A DNA stretch of 54,314 nucleotides, taken from positions 62,001-116,314 of the forward strand of contig CAUYUJ010000250.1 in the NCBI GenBank assembly GCA_963575745.1, given 5' to 3'. Source of the DNA: Prorocentrum cordatum (Eukaryota). Below, in pieces: positions 46,690 to 54,314 of the stretch (position 1 is the stretch's first letter; each line of letters starts with the position of its first letter). The translations under genes were made by a program, and so were the position numbers. The notes beneath the pieces are model-generated. The model had not been told where the DNA came from. It did not search any database and saw only the letters and a list, made by a program, of their open reading frames with translations.

Positions 46690-49600
46690 AAAATGAAACG
46701 AAGTACACGCGCGCGTCGTCGCGCGCGCATGCCGAAATCCGTCAGAAACGGCCGGCGTCGACTCCCCCCAAAAACATGCAAAAAAACACAATGGTTCCGC
46801 AACGTCATGTTTCAAAAAGCGTGCGCTCCCGTTCGTGCGATTTTGCTAATGTGGAAAATGTGTTATGTTTCATACATTTATTGATCGCAAATCTTCAAAC
46901 CAAAAACTCTGCATCTTCGTGTAAGATTGACAAACGGACCTCGCGCGCCGCGTGCCAACACCGTTCGCACGCCATTACGCGCATGCTGGGGAGGCACGAT
47001 CCGTGTTTAAGTTATACCATGCGGACCACTCTCGCGCATCGGCCGCGCGCGCATGTCGAACTCTTCCCGGAACATTTATCACCGATGCGGGGACACCGTC
47101 ATCGTCGTCGGTGTGCTCAACATCGACGCCCGCCGCGGCTGCGCTTCCGTCGTTGCCAACATCGTCACCAACATCGCTACGATCATCATCGTGTCTGCCG
47201 TCGTCGACGTTGCCATGATACCGCGCCCGCCCAAGTCGCCGACTCGCACTGAAGTGCCCGCTGGGATGTACCCAATGCTCAGCGCCACCACGGCCGCGTC
47301 GGTCGCGCCAAACTAGCTGGCCGCTGCGCGCGCGAGCATGTGCGGGCTAGCGCGGCCGCAAAAGTGCACCAGCCAGCGCCAAGCATTCAGCGCAATCGCC
47401 GCCGCATGCGGTTTGCAAACCAAGCTGCGGGTGTGTGGGCCGGATGTTTACGCGAGCAGTGGAGTCGTCAACCTCAAGGTGAGCATTGGTGGGTTATCCT
47501 TTTTTACCATGTGGAAATACAGTATGTCGAACGAAAACAACAAACATTCTAGCCCCCCAGATGATCACCTCCTCTTTTCGTACGGCGATTTACATACGGT
47601 TCTGCCCCGTCGTCCATCCTCAATACGAACCCACACCATCCCAGCTAAGCTGGTATCGCCCCACCCCCCCGCCATCCTCTGCACAAGAATGATGCGCGCG
47701 CACTAATGTATCAAAACCATCAATCTTCAAAAACCCCGTTTGCAAAAATGTGACGAAGTGCACACGCGCGCGTCGTCGCGCGCGCATGCCGGAATCCTTT
47801 CAAGACCTTTGGCCCCGTAAGGAATTCAAAATCGAATGCTCCAAAAACATGAACAACACACATGGTTTCGCAACACGGAATACCAAAAAATTGCAGACTT
47901 CTTGGGGAAACCATCGGTTGTTCAGCGTTTTCAGAAATGCTATTACACGGGCTTCGCGCGCGCAGGACAAAATCGTTCGAGAGCCCTCGCGCGTGCCGTC
48001 GCGAGAATCCTTTGCAACAAATGGGACGAAATGCGCGCGCGTCGTCGCGCGCACCGAAATCCGCCCAAAACCTTCAGCTTCGTAAAGGTGCCAAAGCCGA
48101 TTGCTCAAAAGCATACAAAAACACATGGGTTCGAAACATGTTTTTGATGTTTTAGTTTGCGTTCGAGTTCTTGCCAATTCTTGAGAAAACCATATGTTGT
48201 TCAACGTGTTCATGGAATTCTGCCGAACAGGCCTCTCGCGCCGCATGCCGACATCATTCGCACGCCCTCGCGCACGTGCTTTTTTTGGGGGGCACGATCC
48301 GCGTCAAGCAATACCATGCGGACCACTTTCGCGCGTCGGCCGCGCGCACATGTCCAACTCTTCCCAAAACCTGCATTGCCAACGCGAGGACGCCATCATC
48401 GTCGTCGGCGCGCACAGCATCGGCGCCCGCACTGGCCGCGCCTTCGCCGCTGACAACATCGCCACCAGCGTCGCTAGTATCATCATCGTGTCTACCGTCG
48501 TCGACGTTGCCATGATACCGCGCCCGTCCAAGTCGCCGACTCGCAGTGAAGTGCCCGCTGGAATGTACCCAATGGTCAGCGCCATCACTGCCGCGTCGGT
48601 CGCGCCTAACTAGCTGGCCGCTGAGCGCGCGTTCTTGTGTTGGCGCGGCCGCAGAGATGCACCAGCCAACGCTCAGCATGCACCGCAATCGCCACCGCAT
48701 GAGTTTTGCAAACCTAGTTGCGGATAAGTGGGTGGGAAGTTTGCAAGATCATGGGATGCGTCCACTCGCTTGTTGAAAGATTCCCTTTCTCAAGAAGAAT
48801 AGACTCCACCCCCCCGGAGTTAACGATCCGCCTTTTCGTATTGCAAGTTGCACGCGATTCTGCCACATCGCGCATCCGAAATATGAATTCATACTATCCC
48901 AGCCAGGCCAATATCGACCCCCCCCGCCAACCTCTGCAAAAACAATATTATGCGCGCGCTCTCGTTTATCAAAAACCATTAGTTTGCAAGAACCCCCTGC
49001 AAAAAAAACGAAACGAGGTGCACACGAGCGTGTCGTCGCGCGCGCATGCTGGATTCCTTCAAAAACCTTCGGTTTCGGAAAGATTTCGAAGTCGAGACCC
49101 CAAGAAAACATACAACAACACATGGCTTCGCAACACGGATTCCCTAAAAAAGCTTACGCGCACGCACTCGCGAAATCTTAATAGGAACCACAGGTTCTTC
49201 AATATTTTCGAAAAATACTGCCAAACGGAATTCGCGCGCGCGCATGTCGAAATCGGTCGAACGCCCTTGCGCGCGCGCCGTCTTGCAATCTTCTGCTTTA
49301 AAAAACGGACGAAATGCACGCGCGCGCGTCTAATGTCTAAATCATTCAAAAATCGTTGGTTTCGGAAGGATGTCGAAATCGAGTGTCCAAAAACATGCAA
49401 AAACACACGGTTTCGCAACACGAATGTTCAACAACAGCGTGCGCGCGAGCTCTTGCGTCGTCGTCGTCGTCGTCGCCGTCCTCCCTCCTCCCTCGTCGTC
49501 GTCACCGTCGTCGCCGTCGTCGTCCTCCGTCTTTCCTCGTCGTTGTCGTCGTCCTGTTTGGCGTCGTCGTCGTGTCCGTCGTCGTTGTCGCCGTAGTCGT

Positions 49601-50944
49601 CCTTCCTCTTCCCTCGTCGTCGTCGTCCGTCGTCGGCGTCGTCGTCGTCGTCCCTCCTATTTCGTCGCCGTCGTCGTCGTCGTCGTCGTTGTCGTCGTCT
49701 TCCCACCCCCCTCGTCGTTGTCGTCGTCGGCGTCGCCGTCCTCCCTCCGTCTTCGTCGTTCGCGTCGTCGCCGTCGTCCCTCCTCCCTCGTCGTTGTCGT
49801 CGTTGTCGCCGTCGTCGTCCTCCCTCCTCCCTCGTCGTCGTCGTCCTCGTTGGCGACGTCGTCGTCGTCGTCGTTTTCGTCGTCGTCGTCAGCATCGTCG
49901 TCGTCGGCGGCGTCGTCGTCGTCGGCGTCGTCGTCGTAGTCGTCGGCGTCGTCGTCGTCGGCGTCGTCGTCGTCGGCGTCGGCGTCGGCGTCGTCGGTGT
50001 CGTCGTCGTTGGTGTCGTCGTCGTCGTCGTTGCTGTCGTCGTCGTCGAAGTCGTCGGAGTCGTCGTCTGTGACGTCGCAGTCGTCGTCGGCGCCGTCGTC
50101 GTCGTAGTTGTCGCTGTGGTCGTCGGCGTCGGTGTCGCTGCCAAGGGCAAGTTGGTACCTACCGTCACGGTACTAAGAGGCATCGCGACCAAGTTGCGGG
50201 TGAGAGGGTGGGATGTTTGCACGAGCAGCGGAGAGGACAGCGTCAAGACAGTCAACATGGATTCTCCTTTCTAAAAACAGAATAAACTCTACCCCCCCCC
50301 CTGGAGTTATCCCTACCCTTTTCAAGTATGTAAATCAAATATGATTATGACCACATGTCCATCCTAAATATGAACTTGCACTATCCCAGGGGGGCCCGCA
50401 TCCCCCCCTGAGGCTCCCTTGTAAAAAACACTACGCGGTGACATTTCCTGTTCAAACATAACACTTGTTCACGAATCCCTTGAAAAAACGGGACGAAGTG
50501 CACACGCGCGCGTCGTCGCGCGCGCATGCCGAAATCCTTCAAAAACCTTCGGTGCCAGAAGGATTTCGCAATCGAGTTTCCAAAAAACCTACAATAACAT
50601 AGGGTTTCGCAACACTGATGTGCTATGAAAGCTTCCGCGCGAGCTCTTGCGAAATCTTAAGAAAACCATAGGTTACTCAAGATTTTGACAACATGCTATT
50701 AAACGGGCTTCGCGCGCGTGCATGTCGCAATCTGTCGGACGCCCTTGCGCGTGTGCCGTCGCGAGAATCCTCTGCAAAAAACGGGACGAAGTGCAGACGC
50801 GCGCGCGTCGTCGCGCGCGTCTGCCGGAAACTTTCAAAACCCATCAATTTCGGCAGGATTTCAAAATCGTGTAACCAAAAAACCTACAAAAACACAAGGT
50901 TTCGCAACACGGATTTTCAACAAAAGCGTGCGCGCGAGCTCTTG

Positions 50945-50975
<31 letters not shown>

Positions 50976-52830
50976 CTCCCTCCTCCCGCGTCGTCGTCGT
51001 CGTCGCCTACGTCGTCCTCTGTCTTTCCTCGTGTTCGTCGTCGTCGTCCTCTTTGGCGTCGTGGTCGTTTCCGTCGTCGTTGTCGCCGTGGTCGTCCTTC
51101 CTCCTCCTCCCTCGTCGTCGTCGTCGTCGTCGGCGTCTCGTCGTCGTCCCTCCTATTTCGTCGCCGTCGTCGTCGTCGTCGTTGTCGTCGTCGTCTTTCC
51201 CTCCTCCCTCGTCGTTGTCGTCGTCGGCGTCGCCGTCCTTCCTCCTTCTTCGTCGTTCGCGTCGTCGCCGTCGTCCCTCCTCCCTCGTCGTTGTCGTCGT
51301 TGTCGTCGTTGTCGCCGTCGTCGTCCTTCCTCCTCCCTCGTCGGCGTGTTCGTTGGCGTCGTCGTCGTTTTCGTCGTCGTCGGCGTCGGCGTCGTTGTCG
51401 TCGTCGAAGTCGTCGGAGACGTCGTCGGTGTTGTTGTAGTCGTTGTCGTCGGTGTCGTCGTAGTCGGTCATAAGAGGATTTGCAAACCAAGTTGCGGGTG
51501 GGTGGGTGGGATGTTTGCAAGAGCGCGGGATGTGTCACATCATGGGTAAAAATCAATTACACAACACAAACTGCACAACATGAAGTGCACAACAAAGACT
51601 GCACCAGATTATACATTGCACCACTTGGATTGCAACACGCAGCTTGTACTACATGCATCAAACCGCATAGGCTGCACCAAATGGATTGCACGCCGTAGAT
51701 TGCAACACATGGAGTGCACAACACACACTGATCCACATATTTTATCCTCCTCTGCAAAAAATACACTCCCCCCCCCCCGGGGTTATCGGCCCCCCCGCTT
51801 CGTCTTGCAATGTACATATGGTTCCGCCCCATAGTCCATCCTACATACGAACTCGCACCATCAAAGCTAAGCCAGTATCGCCCACCCCCATCCTCTGCAA
51901 AAAACTATGCGCGCACACTCGTTTGTAAAAAATCATGAGTTTCCCAAAACCCCTTGCCAAAAAATGGCCGACGTGCATACGCGCGCGTCGTCGCGCGCGC
52001 ATGTCTAAATCCGTCGAAAGACTTCGGCGCCGTAACGATTTCAAAGCCCACTGTCCAAAACAAAAAATCCGCGCGTGGGAATTCTTAAGAAAACAATAGT
52101 TGCCCAACACTTCCATTGAATTCTGCCGAACAGGCTTCGCGCGCGCATGTCGCCTTCGTTCGAACGCCCTTTCGCGCGTGCTGGCTTGGCACGATCCGCG
52201 TCAAACAATACCACGCGGGCCACTCTCGCGCGTTTGCTATTCACGAGTTTCGAACTCCTTCCAAAACGTTCATCACCGACGCGAAAACGCCGTCATCGTC
52301 GCCGGCGTGATCAGCCTCGGCGCCGTCACTGGCTGCCCCGTCGTCGCTGTCAGCATCGTCACCAGCATCGCTACTATCATCATCGTGTCTACCGTCGTCG
52401 ACGTTGCCATGACACCGCGCCCGCCCAAGTCGCCGACTCGCATTGAAGTGCCCGCTGGGATGTGCCAAGCGGTCAGCGCCATCTTTTTTCGAGTCGGTCG
52501 CGTCAAACTAGCTGGCCGCTGCGCGCGCGAGCATGCGCGGGCTAGCGCGGCCGCAGAGGTGCACCAGCCAACACCAAGCACTCATCGCAATCGCTCCCGC
52601 ACGGGATTTGCAAACCAAGTTGCGGGTGGGTAGGTGGGATGATTGCGCGAGCAGTGGAGATGACAACTTCAAGTTCGGCAAGTAAACTGCACCTCATAGG
52701 TTGGACCACTGAGATTGCACCACATAGATTGTACAACTTAGACTGCACCACACAGCTTGCACAGCACATGTTGATCCGCAAAGAGTACACCAAATGGATT
52801 GCACAACATATACTGTACAGCAGATGCTGC
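46690..52830 (+). repeat. Complex dispersed/tandem repeat family (multiple diverged copies) with (CGT)n tracts at 49455-50140 and 50945-51470
   Basis: Three copies of …tcgacgttgccatga(t/c)accgcgcccg(c/t)ccaagtcgccgactcgca… at ~47204, 48501 and 52398, plus recurring CG-palindrome and poly-C modules. Confidence 0.82.
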
Positions 52831-54314
52831 TAGAAACACCATGTTTCGGGTCCACGCTGGCTAACACTCTTCTTCTGAAATGAGAGCTCATAGGAAGAGA
52901 ACGACGACACGGGCGACGTGCGGCGACGGCGGCGGCGGACACGTCCTCTCCCAGCTGGCCACTGGACAGATTGGCCGCGGCGCCCATCTGCGACTCCAGG
53001 AAGGCGACAGACGGGCGGAGGAAGCTTGGCCCCTGCCCCCAGCAGGAGGGAAGGACGAGAAGGACCAACGTGCTTGAGCCTTTGTCGAGGCGAAGGCAAT
53101 GAGGAGGAGGAGGAGGAGGTGGAGGAGGAGGAGGTGGAGGAGGAGGAGGAGGAGGAGGAGGGAGGAGGACCAACATGCTTCAGCATGCGGACGAATCCGC
53201 ACGAGGAGAAACCAGAGATCCCTGAGTGAGCCGGCGGGTCCGGAGGACGTCTCGGGCGCGGCTCCGCTCTGGAGCGCTCGGGGATGCTCTGCGGGCGCTC
53301 TGGAGCGCTCTGCAACGGCCTTACACCCCCTGCTTACAGGGCAGCTTTTAATAAATAGGATTTAAACAAAAAAATGATTTTGAATGCATGATTAATGTAT
53401 GAATATATGTATGCATGACCTCATCGTTAATGCTAAGCCCCTGCATTTCTAATACATGATCCGCACGCGGAGCATGTATTAAAAACGGCACTGTAGAGTT
53501 AAGGGAACTCGAAGCTGAGGAAATGAACTTCACTCCGAGCGTTGTCTTAGAGAGCAGTCGAGGTCCAGGTACACAAACACTCTCAACGGACTACGGACAG
53601 AAGAAGCTCCAAGAAAACGCTCAGGTCCAGTCAGATTCTCGATGATCTTAGGCGAAATCTCTGGAGTACACAAAAGAATGCGATGTACTGGACCCCTGGC
53701 GTCATGATGTTTCCACCACAACGTGGACGACCCCTTCCCTGGGACATATGTTTCTTCCTGGATTGTTCTAGGATGGCCCCGGGGCTCTTTGAGAGCCCCG
53801 GGAGGCAGAGAATTGCCTAACACGTGTCGTCGGGATTTTTGTCACGTAGCTAAGGGATCTGAACCCTAGACGTCAAAACGATCCTGGGACCCATCCTGGG
53901 GCACGTTCTGGCCAGAATTTCGAAGGGAATTCAGCCGTGGCCACACGGGCGCCCCAGATGTCCCAAAAATAACAAACAAACAAAAAACAGAGTTCGAACC
54001 TAGAAGTTAGAATCTGCGATCCCTCCATCTATCTCCCTCCGCGCCCCAAATCGGCGATGGCCCCACCCCTGCGTCGAGGCCGATCCAGCCATGCACCGCA
54101 CCCCCATTCAGCGCCCGCCCCCCCCCCCCCATGCGGCTCGGCGAGGCGCGCACACCACGACCAGAACGTCGAGGAGACGCAGCCGTTGTGAGGAGGAGCC
54201 CTGCCCCGACACGAGGAGCGGCGAAGCGCCCCAGAGCCACGAATCCTCCACGCAGTCCTCCCCCCTCCTCCCTCCTCCTCCTCCCTCCTCCTCCTCCTCC
54301 TCCTCCTCCTCCTC

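Noticed and set aside
53073..53095. GGCTCAAG (minus strand) next to a CCT tract as another relict SL
   Set aside because: Only the last 8 nt match, and no recognisable gene or element follows.
53330..54010. AT-richer unique segment with short ORFs (53348..53533, 53530..53823)
   Set aside because: No recognisable motif or consistent frame; cannot be called.

Overview
Eukaryotic, GC-rich, repeat-saturated DNA from a dinoflagellate. The diagnostic evidence is a perfect 22-nt dinoflagellate spliced leader (DinoSL) at 30387-30408 on the minus strand; the repeat style resembles Prorocentrum, which is an inference. No intact host gene is recognisable, and most long ORFs in the track are microsatellite or satellite read-through. 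The main feature is a near-complete ~5.4-kb L1-like non-LTR retrotransposon (minus, ~25032-30408). It starts exactly with the DinoSL, lies inside a (CCT)n tract between candidate 20-bp target-site duplications, and has no poly(A) tail. It encodes a 425-aa coiled-coil ORF1 and a lesioned ORF2 (APE endonuclease, RT with CADD, CCHC). A canonical RanBP2-type zinc finger is inserted in the endonuclease, and ORF1 meets an AUG-less ORF2 at a CUU-UAG-C +1 'shifty stop'. Also present are an older copy of the same family (6285-9325), a decayed second LINE-type element (~14550-19165), a PTAS/Ala-rich retro-pseudogene headed by tandem relict SLs (~2092-4778), a 170-bp foldback with a second copy, a possible Helitron fragment, and many tandem arrays (12, 21/42, 73, 88, 101, 137, 153, ~405 and ~750 bp) and microsatellites. 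All calls come from reading the sequence by eye; no searches were run.
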